This document shows, one piece after another, positions 9,588 to 18,369 of a DNA stretch of 64,000 bases (within the stretch, counting starts at the first letter, position 1; each line of letters starts with the position of its first letter). The stretch comes from Patescibacteria group bacterium (GTDB lineage: Bacteria > Patescibacteriota > Patescibacteriia > UBA2591 > UBA6264). Made by a program: the position numbers and the translations under genes. The notes below the pieces were generated by a model that searched no databases, was not told the origin of the DNA, and saw only the letters and a list, made by a program, of their open reading frames with translations. Location: positions 5,250 to 69,249 of the forward strand of contig JAQTOB010000004.1 in assembly GCA_028713575.1 (NCBI GenBank), written 5' to 3'.

Positions 9588-10655
9588 ATGGGAAAAGCAA
9601 AGAACAAAAAAAATTTACTTGTAACATTGGCGGACAAAAATTATGTGGAACCGGCCAAACAGCTTTTTTCCAGTGTTTATTGGAATGCCGGATGGCGGGG
9701 CGATTATATGTTACTTGCTCATGAAATCTCCGAAAAAAAATTAGAGTGGTTTAGGAGAAAAGGAATTTTAATTAAGAAGTGTGAACCCCTCTATCGCGGT
9801 AAGGTTGGGGGGTGGAGGCCCGCAACTCACACAAGTAAGTTTTATCTATTTGCCCCTGAGTTTAAGAAATGGGACAATGTGGTGTATTTAGACGGGGATA
9901 TAATTGTAAGAGGCTCCTTGGACGAACTGACAGAAATTAATGGTTTTGGCGCGACACTTGACTTGTGGAATAGCAAATTGTCCGAACAAATTATAAATGT
10001 TAGGCTTATGAAAGAAAGGAGGGTGGATAAAAAAATTTTTATTAATCTTTCAAACGAGCTTATAAAATATTATGATTTAAAAGAAGATGCATTTAATTCA
10101 GGAGTAATGGCTTTTAGCACAGATATAATAAAAAAGGACACTTTTTCAAAATTATATAATATCTTTAAAAAATACGAAAAAATTGGCGTTGGCGGAGACC
10201 AGTTGATATTTAATATATTCTTTTATAAGAATTGGATAAAATTGTCCCCGCTTTATAATATTTGGCCTATTTTTATGAGGAGCATTTTCAATATTGAAGA
10301 TGAAAAAATTAAAGGAATAATACTGCATTTTGTGGGAATATGGCAAAACGATAAACCATGGATTGTAAATAATTATTTTTATAAAGAATGGACAAATAAT
10401 TTGCAAAGAGCCGAATTGATTAATTTCAAAAAAATCCCGCCTCCTTTAAAAAAATGGACTAAACCGGAAATTGAAAAATATTCTTTTTATTTGAAATCCA
10501 AACGCGTATATCTAAAAAAAATATATTTGAAAACCAAAGAGAACATTGAATTTACATATAAGCTTGCGCTCAGACACATTAGTAGATTTATTGGAATTGC
10601 GGGGTTATTCCTAAAAAAGCATTTTCCAAAATTATATTTTAAATTAAAAAAATGA
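9588..10655 (+). CDS. Nucleotide-diphospho-sugar transferase (GT8-like / capsule-LPS glycosyltransferase-like)
   Basis: GT-A-like N-terminal region with a DxD motif (VVYLDGDIIV). Membership of the glycan cluster supports the call. Confidence 0.45.
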   Translation: MGKAKNKKNLLVTLADKNYVEPAKQLFSSVYWNAGWRGDYMLLAHEISEKKLEWFRRKGILIKKCEPLYRGKVGGWRPATHTSKFYLFAPEFKKWDNVVYLDGDIIVRGSLDELTEINGFGATLDLWNSKLSEQIINVRLMKERRVDKKIFINLSNELIKYYDLKEDAFNSGVMAFSTDIIKKDTFSKLYNIFKKYEKIGVGGDQLIFNIFFYKNWIKLSPLYNIWPIFMRSIFNIEDEKIKGIILHFVGIWQNDKPWIVNNYFYKEWTNNLQRAELINFKKIPPPLKKWTKPEIEKYSFYLKSKRVYLKKIYLKTKENIEFTYKLALRHISRFIGIAGLFLKKHFPKLYFKLKK

Positions 10656-11512
10656 AAAATCCTAAAGTTTCCGTTATTATTCCGGTTTATAATCGGGGAG
10701 AAAAATTAAAGGGATGTTTAAAATCTGTTTTAAATCAGACTTATAAAGATTATGAGGTTATTGTCGTTGATAATAATTCCACGGATAACACCAAGGAAAC
10801 AATAAAAGAATTTCAAAAAAAAGACAAAAGGGTGAGATATTTATTTGAACCGAAAAGGGGCGCGGCGGCCGCCAGATATTTAGGCGAAATAAATTCACAA
10901 GGAGAAATAATTTTAATGACTGATTCTGATTGCATTGTTAAGGAAAATTGGGTGGCGGAAATAATTGAACCCATTGTCAAACGCGGCGCCGTGGCGGTAC
11001 AGGGCGTTAAAAGGGCCGCGATTAAGAATTACTGGACTTTACATATGGAAGAGGACGAGAGAAGGAATACGGCGGGAAGAGTCAAAGATAAAAAAATGGG
11101 TTTGTTGGATACGGCAACCTTTGCGATTAAAAAATCCGTTTTGGAAAAAATCGGCCTTACCAACCCCCGGCTTTCAATCGGTCACGACACTGAACTGGAG
11201 GCCAGATTTAAAATTCAAGGGTATGAGATTTTTTTAAAACAAGTTGAAGTATTGCATTATTATGCGGATAATGCAATAAAATTATTTAAAAAAATGTTTA
11301 TTAGGGGCTATTGGAATGCGAGAATTACAAAAACATATGGAGCTTATAAAAAAATTTTTTTCATTCAAAGTAAAATGGAACATTTGCGTTATTTTATAAG
11401 AGTTGGTCTTGAATTATTATATTTACATAAAAATTTTAAGTATGATTTAGTCGCGGGCGTGGGTTGGAGGATAGGATTAGTTTGCGGTTATATATGGAAA
11501 AAAATAAAATAA
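10652..11512 (+). CDS. Glycosyltransferase family 2
   Basis: The N-terminal VSVIIPVYNRGEKLKGCLKSVLNQTYKDYEVIVVDNNSTD is a classic GT2 signature. Its 4-nt overlap with the upstream gene suggests translational coupling. Confidence 0.8.
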   Translation: MKNPKVSVIIPVYNRGEKLKGCLKSVLNQTYKDYEVIVVDNNSTDNTKETIKEFQKKDKRVRYLFEPKRGAAAARYLGEINSQGEIILMTDSDCIVKENWVAEIIEPIVKRGAVAVQGVKRAAIKNYWTLHMEEDERRNTAGRVKDKKMGLLDTATFAIKKSVLEKIGLTNPRLSIGHDTELEARFKIQGYEIFLKQVEVLHYYADNAIKLFKKMFIRGYWNARITKTYGAYKKIFFIQSKMEHLRYFIRVGLELLYLHKNFKYDLVAGVGWRIGLVCGYIWKKIK

Positions 11513-11678
11513 AAATAAATTTCTAAAAAGTGTATTAGAAAAAAAATATACGACAGGTATAAAATTTTTTGTCGTTTTATTCCTAAATAATTTTTCAATT
11601 TATAAAAAGACGCTCCAGCGAAGCGTTTTTTGGTTTATGAAATTTTGTAGGGAATAATATGTGAAAATAGATAAAGAT

Positions 11679-12407
11679 TTAATGTTGTTTTAGGTATTCT
11701 TCAACAACATCTTCAGGGTTCCCCTGTTTGATAATTTTTCCTTTATTAACCCAGATAACCCTGTCACAATATTTTTTAATTATTGGAAGCCTATGGCTTA
11801 CAAGTAAGGCGCTTGCTCCGTTTTTAATCAATTCTTTCACCTTATTGACGCTTTTATGTTTAAATTCTTCATCGCCCATTTCAAAAACTTCGTCTAAAAT
11901 TAAAATATCGGGATTGCAATGAACGGCAATTGAAAAAATGAGCCTTTGTTTCATTCCGTCTGAAAATTGATAAATTTTAGTATTAACAAAATCTTTCAAA
12001 TCAGAGAATTCAATAATGGAATTAATTTTTTCTTTGATTTCTTTTAGGGACAACCCTAAAAGCAGAGAATATAGATATATATTATCTCTTAATGTTAATC
12101 TTTCCTTTAGGCCGTTGTTTAAATTTATTAGAGAAATTATTTTTCCTTGAGTATTGATTCGGCCTTTTTCTTTATCATATATTCCGGCGATAATTCTAAG
12201 CAATGTGCTTTTACCTGAGCCGTTTTTGCCGATAATTCCGACAATTTCTCCGGCGTTAACATAAAAAGAAATATTGTCTAAAACCTGGATATTTTTTTTT
12301 GTTTCTTTTCCGGAAAAAAGCGAAATAAATCTGGCTAAAATTCCCCGGTTTTTTTCAAAACCGATTTTAAATTTTTTTGACAAATTTTCAACAATTATTC
12401 TTTTCAT
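11679..12407 (-). CDS. ABC transporter ATP-binding protein, polysaccharide/teichoic-acid export type (Wzt/TagH/KpsT-like)
   Basis: Walker A is GIIGKNGSGKSTLL, the signature is FSDGMKQRL and Walker B is ILILDEV. Confidence 0.85.
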   Translation of the reverse strand: MKRIIVENLSKKFKIGFEKNRGILARFISLFSGKETKKNIQVLDNISFYVNAGEIVGIIGKNGSGKSTLLRIIAGIYDKEKGRINTQGKIISLINLNNGLKERLTLRDNIYLYSLLLGLSLKEIKEKINSIIEFSDLKDFVNTKIYQFSDGMKQRLIFSIAVHCNPDILILDEVFEMGDEEFKHKSVNKVKELIKNGASALLVSHRLPIIKKYCDRVIWVNKGKIIKQGNPEDVVEEYLKQH

Positions 12408-13228
12408 TAAATTAGTTCTGCGAATTTATACTTTAATTTATTAAAGACACATAAACCGACGATTAAAAACAGTAAACTGTAAAATATTGCCCCTAAAACC
12501 ATCCAGGTTTCAGGGGATTTTGCGTATATCATTAAATCTCGGGCCATAGTGATAAAATAGTAGATAGGATTTAATAAGTTTAGTTTAAATAACCAGCTTT
12601 GATTTTCAATTGTATAGAAAATGGGCGTTCCAAACCAAATTAAAAAAGAAATGAACAGCCATATATTGAATAGGTCAATAAAATAAACGGTTAGGGCCGC
12701 CAAGATAAGAGAGGCGCCGTAAATAAAAAGGCAAAATAAAAAAAGAATTAAAGGGTAAAAAATAATTCCTTGGGTTGAAACATTAAAAATAAAAAGAAGT
12801 ATAACAAAAAGAATTATTTCAAATATATGCGAAAATAAAGTTTTTAAGGTGAGTGAAGCGACCAGGCATTCGCGGGGGAAGTTTATGGATTTAATAAGCC
12901 AACGGTTTTCGTTTATTACTTGGGTGGATTCTATGGTGGTTTGGCGAAAAAAATTAAACATAATTATGCCTAAGAGCAGGTAAAGCGAATAATGTGGAAT
13001 ATTATTGCTGAATTTATTGGCAAAAACGACCAAAAGGACAAGAAATGTTAAGGTCGGATTGAGCAGATACCAAAAAATTCCTAAATAACTTCCTTCGTTT
13101 CTTAATTTAAATTCAGCCTTAGCTAAGGCAAGACTTTTGTTTAGGGTGTTTTTTAACGTAAAGAAAAATTTTTGGGCCTTGTTCGTCACAAATATAGCGT
13201 TAACAAATTTATTTTTTAAATATGCCAA
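12407..13228 (-). CDS. ABC-2 family permease (Wzm/TagG-like)
   Basis: Six TM helices. It overlaps the ATPase gene by 1 nt, which is the typical Wzm-Wzt arrangement. Confidence 0.7.
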   Translation of the reverse strand: MAYLKNKFVNAIFVTNKAQKFFFTLKNTLNKSLALAKAEFKLRNEGSYLGIFWYLLNPTLTFLVLLVVFANKFSNNIPHYSLYLLLGIIMFNFFRQTTIESTQVINENRWLIKSINFPRECLVASLTLKTLFSHIFEIILFVILLFIFNVSTQGIIFYPLILFLFCLFIYGASLILAALTVYFIDLFNIWLFISFLIWFGTPIFYTIENQSWLFKLNLLNPIYYFITMARDLMIYAKSPETWMVLGAIFYSLLFLIVGLCVFNKLKYKFAELI

Positions 13229-13341
13229 AATAAAAGGACTTTGTCAATTTATTTGTCCAGCTTCCCCTTTACGATTTATTTTGTTATTATATAATATATT
13301 AGTGATAATCAATAATTAATAATCATTAATCAGCCAATTTT

Positions 13342-13920
13342 ATGACGCAAAAAAATACTACTCGGATAATCATTGCCGTGATTATCTTGGTTGTTCTCGG
13401 TTTAATTTTATTAACCGCGCCAAAAACTACGCCAAAACCGGAAACAAATTTAGGAGAAGAGCTGGAAACAGATAAAGAAGCAACTTCAATTGAATTGGAA
13501 AGTTTGGTTCCGGGAGCCAGTCCGGTTTCGGAAAAAGGCGAAGTTTTGACAACCGAAGGCAAAGCGACCGACAACGCGGCCATTCCCGGTTCGCCGGACG
13601 CGCCTAAGCAATCTGCTTCTTTAAAAGAGGAAGAAATTCCAGAAGAAGCAGTTAAAATTTCCGTTTCTACCAACGGCTTTACTCCTAATGAATTTAAAGT
13701 TAAAGCCAAAAGCGCGATTACTCTTTCTCTTACTTCCACAGATATGACCCATGTTTTCAAATTTGATGACCCGGTTCTGCAGGCCATTGCCATCGGTGTG
13801 GGAGGTAAGGAAACCCGAGCTATTACTTTCAATGCGCCTTCAGCTGGCGACTACACTTTTTATTGCGATGTGCCTGGTCATCGTGGTCGTGGCGAAACAG
13901 GCGTGATGCATGTTGAATAA
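13342..13920 (+). CDS. Membrane-anchored cupredoxin-like protein (paralog of 6788-7447)
   Basis: N-terminal TM helix. The C-terminal domain has a His in THVFKF followed by FYCDVPGHRGRGETGVMHVE. It aligns with 6788-7447 over the whole C-terminal domain. Confidence 0.5.
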   Translation: MTQKNTTRIIIAVIILVVLGLILLTAPKTTPKPETNLGEELETDKEATSIELESLVPGASPVSEKGEVLTTEGKATDNAAIPGSPDAPKQSASLKEEEIPEEAVKISVSTNGFTPNEFKVKAKSAITLSLTSTDMTHVFKFDDPVLQAIAIGVGGKETRAITFNAPSAGDYTFYCDVPGHRGRGETGVMHVE

Positions 13921-13933
13921 GTATTATTGTTTT

Positions 13934-13988
13934 GAGAACAAAAATATCCCGGATTAACCGGGATATTTTTGTTCTCAGTAATTTTTTA
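13934..13988 (+). terminator. Intrinsic terminator. A perfect 19-bp stem (gagaacaaaaatatcccgg / ccgggatatttttgttctc) with an attaa loop is followed by a T-run. It lies between convergent genes.
   Basis: Inverted repeat read directly, with tttttt at 13983-13988. Confidence 0.7.
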
Positions 13989-15455
13989 CGGACCAATCAA
14001 ATTATTGGCGATTATCTTATAATCTTGATCATAAATAAATATGCTTAAGGCGATACTTTGACATTGCTTTGGTAAAAGAAGACTATCTTCAGTCGTTTTA
14101 TCAAGACAGATTAACGGCTTTTCATTCACCAAAATATCCCGAGAAACAATAACAATTATTTTTTGATTTTTATATTCTTTTTTATCCCGCAGTGATAATT
14201 GATTGTTTTCTTTAGATACCGAAAGTAGATGATTTCTTAATTGATGATAATGAAAATCAAATGATTGTTGAAAGCCGGAAACGATTTTTTGATTATCAGT
14301 AATAAACGCGCTTTCATCATTATTATAATTGGCTAAAAGGCTCCAATTATTAGTGCCAAAAAGCGCAGTTTTCCCGTCTATAATCAGAACATGATGATGA
14401 AGAAAAGAATTAAAAATTTCTTCGCCAATAGAACCTGGTATTTCATCATTAAAATCAAAAGTTCGCCAAACGTCGTCTAAGATTTCAAGATTGTCTATTT
14501 TTTTTCTCCATTTTTCATAAAGAAGCAAGTTAAAAGCGGAATCAGGTTTCCAAAGATTAAAGTCGTCAGTGATGATTTTAATATTTATTCCTTGTTCTGC
14601 TTTTTGCAAAATAGCTTTAGCGATTTTTCTATCCGTGAGTTGCCAAATCATTATTTCTATGTCTTTTTCCGCTTCCTTGATTAAATCAATGATTTTTTCA
14701 TTAAGAGAATTAGTTTTGAATCCCGGACTCCACCAAAGGTCAAAAAAACAATCGTTAAAATTTATTCTTTTTGCCCAGGGCCGATAGCCGTTTTCCCCCA
14801 GTTTTTTGATGCCGCTTAATCCGTTTTTCAATCTAATAAATTCATGATAATAAGTTTTAATAATTTCTTCTTCATTGGTGGTAAAAAGAAAACTGGGGTC
14901 AAATTGTTCCTGCCAGTCTGTCCAATTAAGGGACTCAACAATTAAATTTTGATTATTTGTCCCCTCATCAATAATTAGAAATTTATGATGCATATAGCCG
15001 AGATCGGTATTAGCGTCTATTCTTTTAATACCCGAGGGCAAGTCGTAAAAAACAAGATTATGTTGTTCTTCTTTTTCTTTGTCAAAAATCATGGTTATCT
15101 TTACGCCCCTTTGTTTTGCCCGATAAAGCTCTTCTTTAAAACCTTCTAAATTAAAGGAATACATGGCCAGATCAATGGTTTTTTTTGCATTTTTAATTTT
15201 TTTTATAATAATTTCAGAAAACAAATTGGTCTTGAATTCATTATTGAAATATATTTCGCCTCTAAAGTCGTTTTTTGATTCAACTTCCTGATGAGAAATG
15301 TATTTTGGCAATTTGAAATTAAATAAATTCCAAGCGGTTATTTTTTTAGAAACAAGAACAAGAAAAAAACAAAGAAAGAAAAAAATAATCAAACCAAGGG
15401 TAATAATTTTAAATTTTTTCAACCCCTTTTTGGAATAGAAAATATTTTTTATCAT
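13986..15455 (-). CDS. Membrane-anchored phospholipase D-family protein with two HKD-type motifs (PLD nuclease / cardiolipin-synthase-like fold)
   Basis: N-terminal TM helix. Motif 1 is MHHKFLIIDEGTNNQNLIVESLNW (HxKxxxxD...N). Motif 2 is LHHHVLIIDGKTALFGTNNWS, a variant HxH(x4)D...GTNN. Confidence 0.6.
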   Translation of the reverse strand: MIKNIFYSKKGLKKFKIITLGLIIFFFLCFFLVLVSKKITAWNLFNFKLPKYISHQEVESKNDFRGEIYFNNEFKTNLFSEIIIKKIKNAKKTIDLAMYSFNLEGFKEELYRAKQRGVKITMIFDKEKEEQHNLVFYDLPSGIKRIDANTDLGYMHHKFLIIDEGTNNQNLIVESLNWTDWQEQFDPSFLFTTNEEEIIKTYYHEFIRLKNGLSGIKKLGENGYRPWAKRINFNDCFFDLWWSPGFKTNSLNEKIIDLIKEAEKDIEIMIWQLTDRKIAKAILQKAEQGINIKIITDDFNLWKPDSAFNLLLYEKWRKKIDNLEILDDVWRTFDFNDEIPGSIGEEIFNSFLHHHVLIIDGKTALFGTNNWSLLANYNNDESAFITDNQKIVSGFQQSFDFHYHQLRNHLLSVSKENNQLSLRDKKEYKNQKIIVIVSRDILVNEKPLICLDKTTEDSLLLPKQCQSIALSIFIYDQDYKIIANNLIGP

Positions 15456-17145
15456 ATTTTAATAAAGAATTATCTTGACCGGAAAGAACGATAAAAATTG
15501 ATTCTTTCAGCTGATTGGTTAAAATTTTGAAGACTTTGTTCGTTATTTCGTTATTTAGGTCAGCATAAATAGCGTCCACGATTATTAACAAAGGCTTTTT
15601 TATCAGGCAATAAGCGGCCTGCAAAGAAAAAAGTTCCGTTAAATTCATTTTCATTGATTGAAAATCATGACCCATGAATTTGCTTAATGACATAATAAAA
15701 TTAAATTCTTTAAAGGGAGAAAGTGTTTGAAATGTTTTTTCAACATCTAGGGGCGTAATGTCTTCTTTATTTTTTCCTGTTAAAATTTCACCGATTTTTT
15801 TTTCCGTTGACAAATCGTTTTTGATAAAATAAGCGGGAAAAGAGGCTTGCTGCCAATGTTTGTAAAAAAATCTTTTACCATTGATTTTTACTATCCAGCT
15901 GGAAATATTGAATTGACCTTGACCGGAAAAAATAAGACCTAACTGATTTTTATTTGGATTTTTCCCAAAAATGAGAATTTTTTCACTTTTTTTGAATTCA
16001 AATTTTAGATGATGCGAATATCCGTCTGATTTTATTAATTTTGTTTTTTTTGCATTAAAGGAAATGGTTTGGAAATTTTTGAAATTGATAAATCGGCGCT
16101 TATTGGTTTTAGATTTAGGAACAGAGAGGATTAGCCCCAGCTTGGTAGGCAATGAATAAAATCCGATTTGTAAACTGGTGTAGAGTAAGCGAGTGAGATA
16201 AAAGATAATGATGCCAGAAAGAAATAGATTGCCAATTTCTATTTGCAGAAAAAAAGAAGGAAAATATATTTGCAAAATATAAAATATTCCGGCCAAAAGA
16301 ATTAAAAGAGCGAAAATTACCCGTGGTCCGAAATTGAGCCAAAGATTTCGGCGGATGCGAAAATAAGTGTCAATTTTTACTAAATCATCAAGTTTTTTCA
16401 AGCTTTTTTCTTCCAAGCGATGGCTTTGAATAAAGGGCAATTCATAAAGGTCGGTTACAATATTTTTGATTATTTCCGAATACAAAGTGGTTTCCTTGGT
16501 AATGTAGTTTTTTGCAATGAAATAGCCAATAACTCCAATGGCGATGTTTATAGGAATGAAGGCAAGAACAATGATTAAAAGTTTTGTGTTATAGAAAAAA
16601 GTGATGGAGATTAGTCCTAAAATATAAAGAATCCAACGCATTGAACCAATAAGGCTTTTTTCAACCCCCATTTGTAGCAAAGGAAGATGATATGATATTT
16701 TGGCAATTAAAGAGGCCTTGTTTTGACTTTTTGTTTTGAAAAAGGGACGATGCAGGAAGATTTTAAACCAACCCCTTCTCAAATCGTTTAATAAATAAAC
16801 AATTAGGGTTTTTTCTATTTTTAAACCAATAAAAGAACAAACAAGATAAATCATTACTCCGGCGGAGAGAATAAAAAAAACGATTGGCATTTTTTTGCGG
16901 ATTAAAAGAGCGCTGAATTGGGAAATAAAACTGTGGCTAAACAAAGACAAAATAACTTCTAAAATAACCAGAAAGAAAATAAGCAAAATCATGATTTTTA
17001 CTTCTTTTTTGTGTTTTTTTATAAAACGCAAAAGGTATTGGAAATGAAAATTTTCCAATTTCAGTTGATGGATGTTTTTTTTAATTTTTTCCCTTTGTTG
17101 ATACAAAGAGATCTGATAGTTTTTTTCTTCCATGATGGACCTCAA
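15409..17145 (-). CDS. ABC-exporter-like membrane protein (N-terminal 6-TM domain plus C-terminal NBD-like domain) with all catalytic motifs degenerate (pseudo-ATPase)
   Basis: The TMD carries an ABC_membrane-like LLNDLRRGWFKIFL region. In the NBD-like part the Walker A position reads ILIFGKNPNKNQL (no GxxGxGKS/T). The signature position reads FSLQAAY instead of LSGGQ. The Walker B position reads LLIIVDAIYADLN, so the catalytic E is replaced by A. Confidence 0.55.
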   Translation of the reverse strand: MRSIMEEKNYQISLYQQREKIKKNIHQLKLENFHFQYLLRFIKKHKKEVKIMILLIFFLVILEVILSLFSHSFISQFSALLIRKKMPIVFFILSAGVMIYLVCSFIGLKIEKTLIVYLLNDLRRGWFKIFLHRPFFKTKSQNKASLIAKISYHLPLLQMGVEKSLIGSMRWILYILGLISITFFYNTKLLIIVLAFIPINIAIGVIGYFIAKNYITKETTLYSEIIKNIVTDLYELPFIQSHRLEEKSLKKLDDLVKIDTYFRIRRNLWLNFGPRVIFALLILLAGIFYILQIYFPSFFLQIEIGNLFLSGIIIFYLTRLLYTSLQIGFYSLPTKLGLILSVPKSKTNKRRFINFKNFQTISFNAKKTKLIKSDGYSHHLKFEFKKSEKILIFGKNPNKNQLGLIFSGQGQFNISSWIVKINGKRFFYKHWQQASFPAYFIKNDLSTEKKIGEILTGKNKEDITPLDVEKTFQTLSPFKEFNFIMSLSKFMGHDFQSMKMNLTELFSLQAAYCLIKKPLLIIVDAIYADLNNEITNKVFKILTNQLKESIFIVLSGQDNSLLKYDKKYFLFQKGVEKI

Positions 17146-18319
17146 GATAATATTTATATAAAGAAGGGATTTTAATATTTTTCAAATCCTTTTTTAGTTT
17201 TTTTTGTAATCGGGGAGAATAAGAACCGTAAAAATATTTAGTAATGATGCGGAAAAAAGTTTCAGACAAATTTTTAATTTGTTGTTCGTCATTAACTAAG
17301 ATTTTTTGGCTGATAATTTGCAATAATTGGTTATTTAAAGAATTCTCTTTTTTATAAAGAAGTTGGGAAAAATGTTTCATTTTATTTTTTGGCTTAAAAG
17401 AAAGAAGTGACGTCCGCCAATAACTTATGGTTTTTTTAACAAATGAGTCCTCTAAACTAATTAAACGGTCATGGAAACAATAGCCTAAAAAATTAAATTT
17501 TTCTTTTCCATTTATCAATCTGGTTTTTTCTTTTTTAATTTCTAATTTTAATTCTTTAAGGTGTTGATATAAATATTTTTCAATTTCTTTAAGTTTTTTT
17601 AGACTTGGGTCAAAGGCGATTAAATCGTCGCCGATGCGACGATAAAGGCAAATTTTTGGCCCCAAGTATTTGTCTAGGTCGTCCAAATAAAGATTAGTAA
17701 AAAGGGCGATTAAAGGCACGCCTTGAATAACGCCGATTTTTGGCTGATAAATTTTTTTATCCTTATAAACCGCATTTTTAATGAAAAGTTTAAGGATTTC
17801 CATCAGCGGTTTTTCAGAAATAGTTTTTTCAAGTTTGGTTATTAAAATATCTTGGTCAATGTAATCGGAATAATTTTTAAGGTCGGCAATCAGAATAAAA
17901 TCTTTATCATAATAACGTTGATAGCGTCGCGCCACGCTACGACTGGCGTAAAAACTGCTATGAGAAGAACGATAAGAGAATAGATAAGGCGAATAAAGAT
18001 TTTCAAAAATTGGCTCTAAAACCCGATAAATAGCTTGAGCTTTAATTCGGGCTCTAACTGAATAAACATATATGTCTCTTAAAGAACCGTCTTTTTTTGG
18101 AATGTAATGGCAAATAGCTGGCGCCAAAGGAGTAATTTCAATTAATTCTTTCCTCGCTTTTTGGCAGAATTCTTCTGCCTGAGATTTAACGTCGTTTAGG
18201 CCAAGTCCTTCAATGCCGACGTATCTTGCCGTTAAGGATTTTTGGTCAAATTTTTTAGCCAAATCCAAATAGGCCTGCCGAATGTTTTTAATGTCAATTA
18301 TTTTTTCAAAAAGTTTCAT
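17081..18319 (-). CDS. Reverse transcriptase (group II intron / retron-like RT motifs 0-7 plus a roughly 130-aa C-terminal extension) with an unusual IGDD motif C
   Basis: Motif 0 is RYVGIEGLG and motif 1 is IPKKDGSLRDI. Motif 2 is SVRARIKAQAIYRVLEPIFE and motif 3 is FSYRSSHSSFYA. Motif 4 is ILIADLKNYSDYID and motif 5 is GVIQGVPLIALFTNLYLDDLD. Motif C is LYRRIGDDLIAF and motif 7 is LKLEIKKEKTRLIN...FNFLGYCF. The gene overlaps the downstream gene by 65 nt. Confidence 0.8.
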   Translation of the reverse strand: MKLFEKIIDIKNIRQAYLDLAKKFDQKSLTARYVGIEGLGLNDVKSQAEEFCQKARKELIEITPLAPAICHYIPKKDGSLRDIYVYSVRARIKAQAIYRVLEPIFENLYSPYLFSYRSSHSSFYASRSVARRYQRYYDKDFILIADLKNYSDYIDQDILITKLEKTISEKPLMEILKLFIKNAVYKDKKIYQPKIGVIQGVPLIALFTNLYLDDLDKYLGPKICLYRRIGDDLIAFDPSLKKLKEIEKYLYQHLKELKLEIKKEKTRLINGKEKFNFLGYCFHDRLISLEDSFVKKTISYWRTSLLSFKPKNKMKHFSQLLYKKENSLNNQLLQIISQKILVNDEQQIKNLSETFFRIITKYFYGSYSPRLQKKLKKDLKNIKIPSLYKYYLEVHHGRKKLSDLFVSTKGKN

Positions 18320-18330
18320 TTTTATATCAA

Positions 18331-18369
18331 GCCCCGTATTTCAAAAACAAAATACGGGGCTGTTTTTTT
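18331..18369 (+). terminator. Strong hairpin (gccccgtattt / aaatacggggc, 11-bp stem) followed by tgttttttt on the + strand. It lies 12 nt upstream of the minus-strand RT start codon.
   Basis: Read directly from the sequence. It would terminate + strand (antisense-to-RT) transcripts. Alternatively it is part of a structured RT leader RNA. Confidence 0.55.

Noticed and set aside
13986-15455. Calling the PLD-family gene simply a cardiolipin synthase
   Set aside because: This is not rejected outright. The architecture (N-terminal TM helix, two HKD motifs, about 490 aa) is compatible with Cls. However, the second motif is HxH rather than HxK, and the gene is translationally coupled to a pseudo-ABC gene and an RT. 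The call is therefore left as a generic PLD-family protein pending phylogeny.
17081-18319. Group II intron or diversity-generating retroelement as the explanation for the RT
   Set aside because: There is no maturase (X) or endonuclease domain. By eye there is no domain V-like GAGC...GUUC element in the flanks. No template/variable repeat pair or accessory avd-like gene is visible nearby. The tight operon with two membrane/PLD genes fits retron/DRT-style systems better, but this needs profile searches to confirm.
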